A stretch of 56,789 nt of DNA from Eubacteriales bacterium (GTDB lineage: Bacteria > Bacillota > Clostridia > Oscillospirales > CAG-272). Under the pieces are notes generated by a model. That model had not been told where the DNA came from. It ran no database searches and saw only the letters and a list, made by a program, of their open reading frames with translations. Below are positions 1 to 8,979 of the stretch, piece by piece (position 1 is the stretch's first letter; each line of letters starts with the position of its first letter). The translations under genes and the position numbers were made by a program. Location of the stretch: NCBI GenBank assembly GCA_045532575.1, contig JAZSGE010000016.1, positions 1-56,789 of the forward strand, written 5' to 3'.

Positions 1-23
1 TCTTGCTTGATCTGCTTATCCAT
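1..23 (-). CDS. 5' end of a gene running off the window (MDKQIKQ...), probably ribosomal protein S15
   Basis: ATG at 23 with AAAGGTGA RBS, a strong promoter and a ~100-nt structured leader. Only 7 codons are visible, so the rpsO identity is a guess from N-terminal resemblance. Confidence 0.45.
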
Positions 24-126
24 CTTTCTTCACCTTTCTTTTTATTAACCAAAACCCCAGAAAGCGGCGGGTGAAGCAGCGCGGCACGCGCCAGATCTCC
101 GCAACCCGAGGAAAGGTCCGTAGGAC

Positions 127-155
127 ATTATAGCACAACTCTCCCGGTTTGTAAA
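127..155 (-). promoter_or_regulatory. sigma-A promoter TTTACA-17-TGcTATAAT
   Basis: Near-consensus -35 and extended -10 upstream of the gene starting at 23. Confidence 0.75.
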
Positions 156-230
156 GGGGGTAAGCGAAATTTTTTACTATTATTATAAAAGAGGCGTCCC
201 TCGCTAAGAAGGAGCGCCCCTTTTCTAAGG

Positions 231-456
231 CTTATGCCTCTTTTGTGTCAGAATTGCCGATCGCGACCCGAAGGCGTACAAGAGCCGTACGTCGAGAGGG
301 AGCGAGCGGTGGTGACAAAAAAGAGCAGACACCGTCTGCTCTTTTCCTTATGCCTCCCGGCGCACGAATTCGCGGCAGAAATCGCCGATCGCGACCCGAA
401 GGCGTACAAGAGCCGTACGTCGAGAGGGAGCGAGCGGTGATTTATGTGGGAATTCG
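231..456. repeat. Two copies of a 56-bp hairpin-forming element (256-311, 384-439)
   Basis: Identical GCCGATCGCGACCCGAAGGCGTACAAGAGCCGTACGTCGAGAGGGAGCGAGCGGTG twice, each unit preceded by CTTATGCCTC. Confidence 0.9.
317..345 (-). terminator. Intrinsic terminator downstream of pfkA
   Basis: AAAAGAGCAGAC-acc-GTCTGCTCTTTT stem with A/T tails. Confidence 0.75.
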
Positions 457-464
457 AAGCCGTA

Positions 465-1529
465 TCAGAGACAGATCCTGTCGACGCAGGAGTAAAGCTG
501 TGCGAACAGCTCGCGCTTCTTGTCGCCGACGGCCTTCATCTCGGCGATCTCGGCCTCGCTGTAGAGGGCAAGCTCCTCGGGCTTGGCCTTGCCCTTGTAG
601 AGACGGTCGAGGGTCAGGGCGTAGTTGATATCGGCGGTCACGATCTTGCCGGCACGCTCGCAGACCACAAGATTGGAGTTGCCGAGGAAGAGCTCCTCGA
701 CAGCACGCTGACCCATACGGGTGGCCAAGAGACGGTCGCGCAGGGTGGGGACGCCACCGCGCACGATATGCGCAAAGCGGGCAAACTTGGTCTCAACACC
801 GGCCTCGGCCTGGATGCGCTTGGCAAGCTCGGGCGCAAAGTCCGAGCCCATGCCCTCCGACACGATGACGATGAAGGTACGCTTGCCGAGCGCGCGCGAG
901 GCACGGATCTTGGCAATGGCCGCATCGGCATCGAAGGGGATCTCAGGGATGGCCACAGCGGTGGCACCCGAGGCCACGGCCGTCTCAAGGGCGATATCGC
1001 CCGCGCCGCGCCCCATGACCTCGACTACATTGCAGCGCGCGTGCGACTCGCAGGTGTCGCGCAGCTTGTCCACAAGGTCAAGCGTGGTGTTCATGGCGGT
1101 ATCAAAGCCAACGGTGAACTCGGTCGAGGTGACGTCGTTATCGATGGTGCCGGGGATGCCGATGCAGGGGATGCCGTGACGGGTCAGATCCTGCGCACCG
1201 CGGAAGGTGCCGTCACCGCCGATGGCCACGATGCCGTCGATCAGGAACTTTTCGCAGGTGGCGATCGCCTTCGCCATGCCCTCCTTGGTCTGGAACTCGG
1301 GGCAACGGTCGGAATAGAGCATTGTGCCGCCGTGATTCAGGCAGTTGGAGACATCACGCACCGAGAAGGGCTTGATATCCCCGTCGATGAGGCCGCTGTA
1401 GCCACGCATGATCCCCATGACCTCCACGCCGCGGAAGATGGCCTCGCGCGTGACAGCGCGGATCGCCGCATTCATGCCGGGGGCATCGCCACCCGAGGTA
1501 AGTACACCGATTCTTCTGAATTTCTTCAT
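465..1529 (-). CDS. pfkA: ATP-dependent 6-phosphofructokinase
   Basis: LTSGGDAPGMNA, GGDGT, PGTIDND and VEVMGR motifs. Confidence 0.96.
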   Translation of the reverse strand: MKKFRRIGVLTSGGDAPGMNAAIRAVTREAIFRGVEVMGIMRGYSGLIDGDIKPFSVRDVSNCLNHGGTMLYSDRCPEFQTKEGMAKAIATCEKFLIDGIVAIGGDGTFRGAQDLTRHGIPCIGIPGTIDNDVTSTEFTVGFDTAMNTTLDLVDKLRDTCESHARCNVVEVMGRGAGDIALETAVASGATAVAIPEIPFDADAAIAKIRASRALGKRTFIVIVSEGMGSDFAPELAKRIQAEAGVETKFARFAHIVRGGVPTLRDRLLATRMGQRAVEELFLGNSNLVVCERAGKIVTADINYALTLDRLYKGKAKPEELALYSEAEIAEMKAVGDKKRELFAQLYSCVDRICL

Positions 1530-1547
1530 TTTTGCAATTCCTTTATG

Positions 1548-2036
1548 TCAAGTTTTATTTACACGCATAATTTGGAGCTCGGACAGTGCGAGAGTAAGCG
1601 CCCACCGCACCGCCTTTTTGCGCACGCGCCGTCTTCCGCCGCGGAAGCTGAAGCCGAAGGCACGGCTCCCCTCGGCCGTTGCGAGGCCGATAAACACACG
1701 CCCAACGGGGTTGTAGAGCGTTCCGCCGCCGGGACCGGCGATCCCCGTGACCGACACGGCAAGGTCGGAGCCAAAGAGGCTGAGCGCGCCCTCGGCCATC
1801 GCCCTTGCTGTCGCCTCGGAGACGGCGGTATGCTGCTCAAGGGTCTCCTTTGGAACCGAGAGGAGCTCCTGCTTGACAGCATCGGTATACGCGACAACGC
1901 CGCCAAGGAAGACCTCGCTGATCCCGGGACGGGATACCAGGCGATCGGCGACGGCGCCCCCGGTGCAGGACTCCGCGAGGGCGATCGTCCGACCGGACGA
2001 TCGGAGTGCAACGGCAAGCTTTTTCTCAATCTTCAT
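1548..2036 (-). CDS. pncC: CinA C-terminal domain / NMN deamidase (PncC)
   Basis: AESCTGG, AVSE..A.AMA.GA and S.TGIAGPGGG motifs; overlaps the LysR stop. Confidence 0.88.
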   Translation of the reverse strand: MKIEKKLAVALRSSGRTIALAESCTGGAVADRLVSRPGISEVFLGGVVAYTDAVKQELLSVPKETLEQHTAVSEATARAMAEGALSLFGSDLAVSVTGIAGPGGGTLYNPVGRVFIGLATAEGSRAFGFSFRGGRRRVRKKAVRWALTLALSELQIMRVNKT

Positions 2037-2925
2037 GTGTAGTTTCTCCTAACAAATCAAGCATGGTGCGTGCCGCCGCCGACAGGGGCAGGCGAGACGA
2101 GCGCACGAGATAAAAGTGACGGGGTGGCGGCTCCTCCGCAAGATCCAGGCGCACGACCTCGCCGGCCGCCAGCGCATCGGCGGCGAAATCCTCAACGATC
2201 GAGGAGATGCCGATGCCGCGCCGCGCGAAGGAAAGAAGCAGGTCCGAGGTGGCAAGCTCGATGGCGGGGGGCGGGAAGCCCTCACCGAGCCAGGAGGAGA
2301 CGTAGGCCCGTGTTGTCGAGGTCTGGCCCTCCAGCATGATCATCGGATAGGCCGCGAGCTCCTCACGGGTGATGCTTTGCCGCTGTGCTAGGGGGTGCCC
2401 CGGCGCGGCAATGAAAATGTCCTGTACCGGCCGCAGGGGGGTGAGCAGCAGCTCCTCGCTCCCGGGGGCCAGAGGGCCCGAGACCACGCCAAAGTCGATC
2501 GCCCCGTCACGCAGGGCCTCGAGCGTGCGCGGTGTCGGCGCGTTCGTGACGGTCAGGCGGACATTCGGATAGCGCTCACGGAAGACGGCAATATAGTCGA
2601 GAAGGAAAAAGCGGAGGGTCATGTCCGAGGCACCGATGCGGAGGGTCCCGCTTTCGAGACCGGCGAGCTCACGGAGCTTCTCGCGCCCGGTATCGAGGAG
2701 CGAAAAGGCACTGCGGACATAGCCGATCAGCACCTCGCCCGCCTCGGTCAGATGGACACCGCGCCGCGTCCTGGCAAACAGGCGGACGCCGAGAGAGGCC
2801 TCGAGGCTTGCGATCTCGGCACTGACGGCCGGCTGGCTGACAAAGAGCCTGCGCGCCGCCTCGGTCACGCTGCCGGCATCGGCCACCGCAAGGAAGGTGC
2901 GGTACTTGTAGGTAGGGTCATTCAT
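2026..2925 (-). CDS. LysR family transcriptional regulator
   Basis: N-terminal HTH (GSVTEAARRLFVSQPAVS..IASLE..LG.RLF.R) plus substrate-binding domain; ATG 2925 fits the RBS spacing. Confidence 0.93.
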   Translation of the reverse strand: MNDPTYKYRTFLAVADAGSVTEAARRLFVSQPAVSAEIASLEASLGVRLFARTRRGVHLTEAGEVLIGYVRSAFSLLDTGREKLRELAGLESGTLRIGASDMTLRFFLLDYIAVFRERYPNVRLTVTNAPTPRTLEALRDGAIDFGVVSGPLAPGSEELLLTPLRPVQDIFIAAPGHPLAQRQSITREELAAYPMIMLEGQTSTTRAYVSSWLGEGFPPPAIELATSDLLLSFARRGIGISSIVEDFAADALAAGEVVRLDLAEEPPPRHFYLVRSSRLPLSAAARTMLDLLGETTHED

Positions 2926-3137
2926 CGGCACACTCCTCCCTTACGTTACTCTCCTTATTATACTATTCCAACGGGAAAATAGCAAGAGGGATTTTTTGAA
3001 AATGGCGGGCGGCCGCAAAAATTGACGTTCCCTGCGGCAGAATCGCCGAAAATACGAAACATCCGATTGACAAGAGGGGGGTTTTATGCTATACTGAAAG
3101 CACCGGGAGAACCGCGATCCTTGAAGGAGGTGCCGCT

Positions 3138-3536
3138 TTGAATATTGCTGTTATTGCCGACGATGCGAAGAAGGAGCTGATGGCCGAATTCTGCATTGCC
3201 TACTGTGGGATCCTTTGCCGTCATCACCTCTGTGCCACGAGTGCGACCGGCAAGTACATTGCCGATGCCACGGGGCTTGAGATCGAGCTTCTCATGTCGG
3301 GCGAGGACGGAGGGAGCGAGCAGCTGATCTCGCGTGTCGCGTGCGACGAGGTCGATATCGTGTTCTTCTTCCGTGCTCCCGAGCCCGAGGTCTATGTACG
3401 CGAGAACGGGAACACCCTTCTCCGCCTTTGCGATATGCACACGGTGCCGATTGCGACCAACATTGCAACGGCCGAGGCGCTGGTCATGGCGCTTGACCGT
3501 GGCGATCTCTCCTGGCTGGAGGGGCGCCGCATTTGA
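3138..3536 (+). CDS. mgsA: Methylglyoxal synthase-like protein with degenerate catalytic residues
   Basis: MNIA.IA.D.KKELM..FCIAYCGIL and LLRLCD.H..PIATNIATAE typical of clostridial MgsA; promoter TTGACA(3067)-17-TATACT(3090). Confidence 0.85.
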   Translation: MNIAVIADDAKKELMAEFCIAYCGILCRHHLCATSATGKYIADATGLEIELLMSGEDGGSEQLISRVACDEVDIVFFFRAPEPEVYVRENGNTLLRLCDMHTVPIATNIATAEALVMALDRGDLSWLEGRRI

Positions 3537-3586
3537 TCACCCATCCGGGGCACGGGGCATCCCGTGCCCTTTTTTTCGAGGTTTCT

Positions 3587-4003
3587 ATGTCTGAACGCAA
3601 CGTCACCGTTCATCTTGTGACCGCCATCGAGGGGGAGGAGACCATCACCGCCTCGTACGACGGTCTTTTGCGCACGGTCGCCACCGGGGTCAGCCTCACC
3701 TACACCGAGGGGGAGGCGGACGGTGCCACGACCACCCGGCTTGTGATCGAGCCGCGGAAGATGTCGCTCCTCCGCAGCGGCAGTGTCAGCTTCCGCACGG
3801 TGTACGAGGTGGGTAAGCCCTATTCCTCAACCTACCGTCTCGGCGGTATGGCCTTTGATGCTCTTACTGTGACCGAGAGACTGACCGTCCTTTTCGCCAC
3901 GGCGCTCCCTGCCGTGGACTGCACCTACCGTCTGACCCTTGGGGGGGAGGAGCGCCGCTTTTCGCTCTCCCTCCGCCTTTCGGAAAGGGGGGTGACGGCA
4001 TGA
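3587..4003 (+). CDS. DUF1934 (YwiB-like) beta-barrel protein
   Basis: ~138 aa all-beta pattern: LTYTE, TTRLVI, LLRSG, Y.STY..GG. Confidence 0.7.
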   Translation: MSERNVTVHLVTAIEGEETITASYDGLLRTVATGVSLTYTEGEADGATTTRLVIEPRKMSLLRSGSVSFRTVYEVGKPYSSTYRLGGMAFDALTVTERLTVLFATALPAVDCTYRLTLGGEERRFSLSLRLSERGVTA

Positions 4004-5025
4004 CACAGGACGAGCTCCGCCGCGCACTGAAGTCCCCCCCTCTCCCCTGGCTGATCCTTGCGGGCGAGGAGGAATACCTGAAGCGCCACTACCTCTCCGA
4101 GATCCGCCGCACGCTCGTCGGTGACGATCCGATGGCCGCCTTCAATCATCTTCGCTTTGAGGGCGCTGCCCTTGACCTTGAAAAGCTCGAGGAGGCCGTC
4201 AAGGCGCCGCCGATGTTCTCGGACTATAAGCTCATTGAATGGCATCTTTGCGATTTTGAGAAGATGAAGGAGGCCGACCTCAAGGCCTTTTGCGACTTCC
4301 TCTCGGAGCGTGAGAGCTATGAGGGGGTCACGGTGGTCTTTTACGCCGAGGCCGGCCGCCTTACTCCCGGCGCGAACCCCAAGAAGCCGACCAAGCGCTA
4401 TACCGAGATCACGAGGGCGATCGACGTCGTGGACTTCCCGCGCTCGACCGACAGCCAGCTCCTCGGCTGGATCGGCCGTCATCTTTCAAAGGACGGGATC
4501 GCCGCCGATGCCGCCGTTGGCCGCGCGATGCTCGAGCGGTGCGGTCATTCGATGGATGTCCTCGCGGGCGAGCTTGACAAGCTCATCGCCTACGCTCATG
4601 CCGGCGGCAAGGAGGCTCTGACCGTTGCCGATGTCCGCACCGTTACGGCGGCGAATTTTGAGTCCGATGCCTTCGGCCTTGGCAACGCCATCCTGGCGGG
4701 CGACACCGCCTTAGCGCTCGAGAATCTCCGTGATATGAAGAACCGCCGCCTCGACCCGTCTCTCATCTTCGGCTCTGTCTTCCGCCTCTTTTGCGACCTT
4801 TTTTCGGTGGCCCTTTTGCGCGAGGAGGGGCTATCGCCTGCCGCCATCCGCGAAAAGACGGGGCTGCACGAATACAAGGTCACCCTCTATCTGCGCGCCA
4901 CGCAAAGGAAAAGTGCCGCCGACCTCGCAAGGACGCTTGACAAATGCCGCCGTCTCGATCTCGCCGGGAAATCGGGTGCCACCGACTATGCCGGCCTTGA
5001 GCGCCTGATCGCTGAGGAGGCGTGA
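4000..5025 (+). CDS. holA: DNA polymerase III delta subunit
   Basis: L.GEEEYL, PPMFSDYKL, ELDKL.AY and F.L.NAIL motifs; 341 aa. Confidence 0.88.
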   Translation: MTQDELRRALKSPPLPWLILAGEEEYLKRHYLSEIRRTLVGDDPMAAFNHLRFEGAALDLEKLEEAVKAPPMFSDYKLIEWHLCDFEKMKEADLKAFCDFLSERESYEGVTVVFYAEAGRLTPGANPKKPTKRYTEITRAIDVVDFPRSTDSQLLGWIGRHLSKDGIAADAAVGRAMLERCGHSMDVLAGELDKLIAYAHAGGKEALTVADVRTVTAANFESDAFGLGNAILAGDTALALENLRDMKNRRLDPSLIFGSVFRLFCDLFSVALLREEGLSPAAIREKTGLHEYKVTLYLRATQRKSAADLARTLDKCRRLDLAGKSGATDYAGLERLIAEEA

Positions 5026-5058
5026 CCCCTTTTCTATTCCATCATCCAAGGAGTAGTT

Positions 5059-5322
5059 GTGCCAGCATTGAAGTCGGCAAGTTATGTTTACATCAGCTTT
5101 GACGAGAGCGACTACGGGACGGCTGCGCTGATCGCCGAGTGCCTCCGCGAGATCGGATGCGATGCGCGGATCAACGAGTATCTCCCGGGTAACGAGCGCT
5201 GGGCCGAGGCGCTCCGCCGCTTCGGCTTTATGGAGGGCGGCGAGAAGGTCTATACCTTCTCTATTACCAAGGAGGGCATTGATGCCCTCTATGCCAAAAA
5301 CGAGGCCGATGTCTTGTTCTGA
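5059..5322 (+). CDS. Small hypothetical protein with a TIR-like N-terminus
   Basis: AAGGAG RBS, GTG start, followed by a terminator; YVYISF..D..A..I...L...G...I.EYLPG..WAE resembles TIR_2 bA-aA-bB. Confidence 0.6.
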   Translation: MPALKSASYVYISFDESDYGTAALIAECLREIGCDARINEYLPGNERWAEALRRFGFMEGGEKVYTFSITKEGIDALYAKNEADVLF

Positions 5323-5328
5323 GCAAAG

Positions 5329-5364
5329 CAAAAAAGAGAGCAACAGGTGTTGCTCTCTTTTTTG
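5329..5364. terminator. Bidirectional intrinsic terminator
   Basis: 17-bp inverted repeat CAAAAAAGAGAGCAACA/TGTTGCTCTCTTTTTTG between convergent genes. Confidence 0.85.
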
Positions 5365-5405
5365 TATTGCGCCTCGGTGCGCCGAGGTGCGTGGGGGGTG
5401 GGGTC

Positions 5406-6839
5406 TTAGCCCTTGCCGCGAGTCTCGAGAAGCGTCCTTTTGATATCCCAGAGCTTCTGCGAAAGGTCAACATAATAGCGATGGGGGTTTTCAAAGCGGC
5501 GGACCTCCTCCCAGAGGGTCTCCACCTCGCGGCGGCAATACTCCTGGATCTCGCGGACGGTCGGGCTCTTGTAGACGCACTCCCCACCGAGGAAGATCGG
5601 CACCTGTAGGGGGCGGAGGGTGTACTCGTCGAGGGTCTTGCGCTTCCACGTCTCCTCAGGGTCAAAGAGCTCAAGGGGCCGTTCGGTGTCGATGACCTCG
5701 TCATAGACGGTGAGCAGGTCGGCGGTGGCCATCCCGTTCTTATCGAAGACACGGTAGACCTTTTTGTAGTGAGGATTGGTGATCTTGCCCGCGTTCTCGC
5801 TGATCTTGATCTTCGGGATCACGGTTCCGTCAGGCAGCTCCTTGGCCGCCAGCTTATACACACCGCCGAAGACGGGATCGCTCTTGGCAGTGATCAGGCG
5901 CTCGCCGACGCCAAAGGCGTCGATCTTGGCGCCCTGGGCAATGATGTCACGGATGATGTTCTCGTCAAGAGAATTGGAGACGATGATGCGGCACTCGGTA
6001 AGGCCGGCCTCGTCGAGCATCTTGCGCGCCTTTTTCGTGAGGTAGGCGATATCACCCGAGTCGAGGCGGATGCCGCCCTTCGTGATGCCGCATTCGCGGA
6101 AGGCGCGGATGGCGTTCGGCACGCCGCTCCCGAGCACGTTGTAGGTATCAACGAGCAGGGTCGCGTTATTCGGATACATCTTGCAATAGGCGAGGAAGGC
6201 CTCGTACTCGGTATCGAACATCTGCACCCAGGAATGCGCCATCGTGCCCGTTGCGGGGATGCCGTAGTCGCGGTCGCTGATGGTGCAGGCCGTCGAGGAG
6301 CAGCCGCCGATAAAGGCGGCACGGGCGCCGAGCGAGGCACCATCCGCCCCCTGTGCGCGGCGCGAGCCGAACTCGGCCACAGCACGCCCGCCGGCCGCCC
6401 GCACGATGCGGTTGGCCTTGGTGGCGATCAGCGACTGATGGTTTAGGGCCAGGAGAATGTAGGTCTCGATGAACTGCGCCTCGATCGCCGGGGCGCGGAC
6501 GGTCATGATCGGCTCGTTCGGGAAGATGGGCGTTCCCTCGGGAACGGCGTAGATATCCCCGGTGAAGCGGAAGCTGCGGAGATGGTCGAGGAAGCCCTCG
6601 GAGAAGCACCCCTTCCCACGGAGGAAGGCAATGTCCTCCTCGGTGAAATGAAGCGACTTGATGTAGTCGATGACCTGCTCGAGCCCTGCGGCGATCGCAA
6701 AGCCGCCGCCATCGGGGATCTGACGGAAGAAGACGTCAAAATACGCGATCTCCTGTCCCTTGCCGAGCTCGTAATAGCCGTTGGCCATCGTCAGCTCGTA
6801 AAAGTCGCACAGCATGGTGTTGTTCTGCTTGCCGTTCAT
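5406..6839 (-). CDS. pncB: Nicotinate phosphoribosyltransferase
   Basis: DFYELTM, EFGSRRAQG, GTMAHS, LVDTY, RLDSGD and GGVYKL motifs. Confidence 0.96.
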   Translation of the reverse strand: MNGKQNNTMLCDFYELTMANGYYELGKGQEIAYFDVFFRQIPDGGGFAIAAGLEQVIDYIKSLHFTEEDIAFLRGKGCFSEGFLDHLRSFRFTGDIYAVPEGTPIFPNEPIMTVRAPAIEAQFIETYILLALNHQSLIATKANRIVRAAGGRAVAEFGSRRAQGADGASLGARAAFIGGCSSTACTISDRDYGIPATGTMAHSWVQMFDTEYEAFLAYCKMYPNNATLLVDTYNVLGSGVPNAIRAFRECGITKGGIRLDSGDIAYLTKKARKMLDEAGLTECRIIVSNSLDENIIRDIIAQGAKIDAFGVGERLITAKSDPVFGGVYKLAAKELPDGTVIPKIKISENAGKITNPHYKKVYRVFDKNGMATADLLTVYDEVIDTERPLELFDPEETWKRKTLDEYTLRPLQVPIFLGGECVYKSPTVREIQEYCRREVETLWEEVRRFENPHRYYVDLSQKLWDIKRTLLETRGKG

Positions 6840-6865
6840 TGAAATCCAATCCTTTCTTTTTGGGG

Positions 6866-8731
6866 TCATTGCCCCTCGTAGGTGTAAGTGGGGACGAGCT
6901 CGGCGACCAGCGCACGCAGATCGGGAGCATCGGTATCGGCGGCCACGCGGAGCCGCTCGAGGATAGCGGACAGATGTGCTTCATCAATATCAAGCGGCCG
7001 ACCGATCGAGATCGAGTCGTTGGCCGTCCTTGCCATGCCCTCCTCGGCCATCAGGCGCTCCTCGTACAGCTTTTCGCCGGGGCGCAGGCCGGTCACGCGG
7101 ATCTCGATGTCCACATTCGGCTCAAGGCCCGAGAGACGGATGAGGTTGCAGGCAAGGTCGTAAATGCGGACGGGCTCGCCCATGTCGAGGACAAAGATCT
7201 CGCCGCCCTTGGCGTAGGCCCCGGCCTGCAGGACCAGGGACACCGCCTCGGGAATGGTCATAAAGTAACGGATGATGTCCTTGTGGGTCAGGGTGACGGG
7301 CCCTCCCTCCGCGATCTGACGGCGGAAGAGCGGAATGACCGAGCCGTTCGAGCCAAGGACGTTCCCGAAGCGCACGGCGGCGAACTCGGTCCTTGAGTGG
7401 CGCGCCGCCGTCTGCACGATCATCTCGCAGATGCGCTTGGAGGCGCCCATGATGTTCGTGGGATTGACAGCCTTATCGGTCGAGATCATCACAAAGCGGA
7501 GGACACCGTAGCGATCCGAGGCCTCCACCACATTCTTCGTGCCGAAGACGTTATTCTTGATGGCCTCGGAGGGCGAGGTCTCCATCAAGGGCACGTGCTT
7601 GTGCGCGGCGGCATGAAAGACGATCTCGGGACGGTACTCGGCAAAGATGCGGTCGATCTTAGCGGCGTCACGCACGCTGGCGATGAGAGTGACGAGGTCA
7701 AGCTCGGGGAGGGTGCGGCGCAGCTCCTGCTCGATCTCGTAGGCGTTGTTCTCATAAATATCAAGGAGGATCAGGCGGCGCGGCGCATGAGTCGCGATCT
7801 GGCGACAGAGCTCCGAGCCGATCGAGCCGCCGCCCCCCGTGACAAGGACGGTGCGCCCCTCGATGTATCCCATCACCGAGGCAAGGTCAACGCGGGTCTG
7901 CTCGCGCCCGAGGAGATCCTGCACGTCCACCTCGCGGAGGGCCGAGACCGAGACCTGCCCGTTGACGAACTGATAGATGCCGGGGAGGATCTCGACCTTA
8001 CAGGGGGTCTTCACGCAGATGTCGTGGATCCTCTTGATCTCACTCTTGGCGGCCGAAGGGATGGCAATGATGATCCGCTGGATCGCAAAGCGCGCGACCA
8101 GCGTCGGGATGTCGGAGGTGGTCCCCGCAACGCGGACACCCCCTACATAGGTGTTATGTAATGTTTCGTTGTCATCAACAAAAAACACGGGGTGAAGTGA
8201 GAGGTGACTTGAGGTGTGAAGCTCGCGCAGGAGCATCGAGCCGGCATCCCCCGCTCCCACGATGATGGTACGCTCGCCGCTTTCGCTACGGAGGAGGAGT
8301 GCATGGTGGACGAGACGGTAAAGGCGCTTGGCAATGCGGCCGATCCCCGTCAGAATGAGAAGGAAGCCGGCAAGGAGAATGGCGAAGCGCCAATCGGGTA
8401 GCGACGAAGGGACGAGGAGAGTATACGCCACATCAAGGAGGAGCAAGAGCGCAACCCCCGCACCGACACGCATCGCCTCAAGGATCCCGAAGGCCGACAG
8501 CGGGATCGAATAGAGGCGCAGGGCGAAATAGATGCCGAGCAGAAGGACAAGGTTATAGACGAGGAACCAGGGCTCCTCGGTGAAGAGACGGCCAAAAAAG
8601 GTGGCCCCCTCGGGCGTATGGAGGACCGAGGCGAGGAAGAATGCGAGAACGAGGCAGACGATGTCATAGGCGGCGACGATAGCGGCACGCCGGAGCTTAC
8701 GGGGGAGCAGATGACGGGAGGAAGAGCTCAT
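6866..8731 (-). CDS. CapD/PglF-type membrane-bound UDP-sugar 4,6-dehydratase
   Basis: N-terminal TM helices, GAGDAG, TGGGGSIGSELCRQ, HAAAHKHVP, STDKAVNP, RFGNVLGSNGS and GLRPGEKLYEE. Confidence 0.93.
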   Translation of the reverse strand: MSSSSRHLLPRKLRRAAIVAAYDIVCLVLAFFLASVLHTPEGATFFGRLFTEEPWFLVYNLVLLLGIYFALRLYSIPLSAFGILEAMRVGAGVALLLLLDVAYTLLVPSSLPDWRFAILLAGFLLILTGIGRIAKRLYRLVHHALLLRSESGERTIIVGAGDAGSMLLRELHTSSHLSLHPVFFVDDNETLHNTYVGGVRVAGTTSDIPTLVARFAIQRIIIAIPSAAKSEIKRIHDICVKTPCKVEILPGIYQFVNGQVSVSALREVDVQDLLGREQTRVDLASVMGYIEGRTVLVTGGGGSIGSELCRQIATHAPRRLILLDIYENNAYEIEQELRRTLPELDLVTLIASVRDAAKIDRIFAEYRPEIVFHAAAHKHVPLMETSPSEAIKNNVFGTKNVVEASDRYGVLRFVMISTDKAVNPTNIMGASKRICEMIVQTAARHSRTEFAAVRFGNVLGSNGSVIPLFRRQIAEGGPVTLTHKDIIRYFMTIPEAVSLVLQAGAYAKGGEIFVLDMGEPVRIYDLACNLIRLSGLEPNVDIEIRVTGLRPGEKLYEERLMAEEGMARTANDSISIGRPLDIDEAHLSAILERLRVAADTDAPDLRALVAELVPTYTYEGQ

Positions 8732-8906
8732 ACCGGATGTCTCCTTTTCGTTTTCGGACAGAGCTACGCTCTGCATAGGTTGTCTCATTATAGCACAAAA
8801 ATGCTCCTTTGACAAGGGTCAGGGCGCGAAAAGGAGGCAAAAAGCCCTCTCTTTTTGCTTTTTCCTTCGCTTTTTCATTCTTCTTGCTACTTTTTCGGCG
8901 CGCTTC

Positions 8907-8934
8907 TTGACTTTACCGAGAATTGTGCTATAAT
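8907..8934 (+). promoter_or_regulatory. sigma-A promoter of leuS
   Basis: TTGACT-16-TGcTATAAT, with only a ~40-nt leader. Confidence 0.7.
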
Positions 8935-8979
8935 GTAATATTAGTGAAGATTAACGCCTTACGGCGAAGGGAGAGCCTA

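Noticed and set aside
234-628. ORFs 234..440 and 245..628, or a two-repeat mini-CRISPR
   Set aside because: The ORFs merely read through the repeat and have no RBS; a 56-bp repeat with a terminator as spacer is not CRISPR-like
444-2042. 532-aa + strand ORF
   Set aside because: Antisense shadow of pfkA/pncC, caused by high GC3 codon bias
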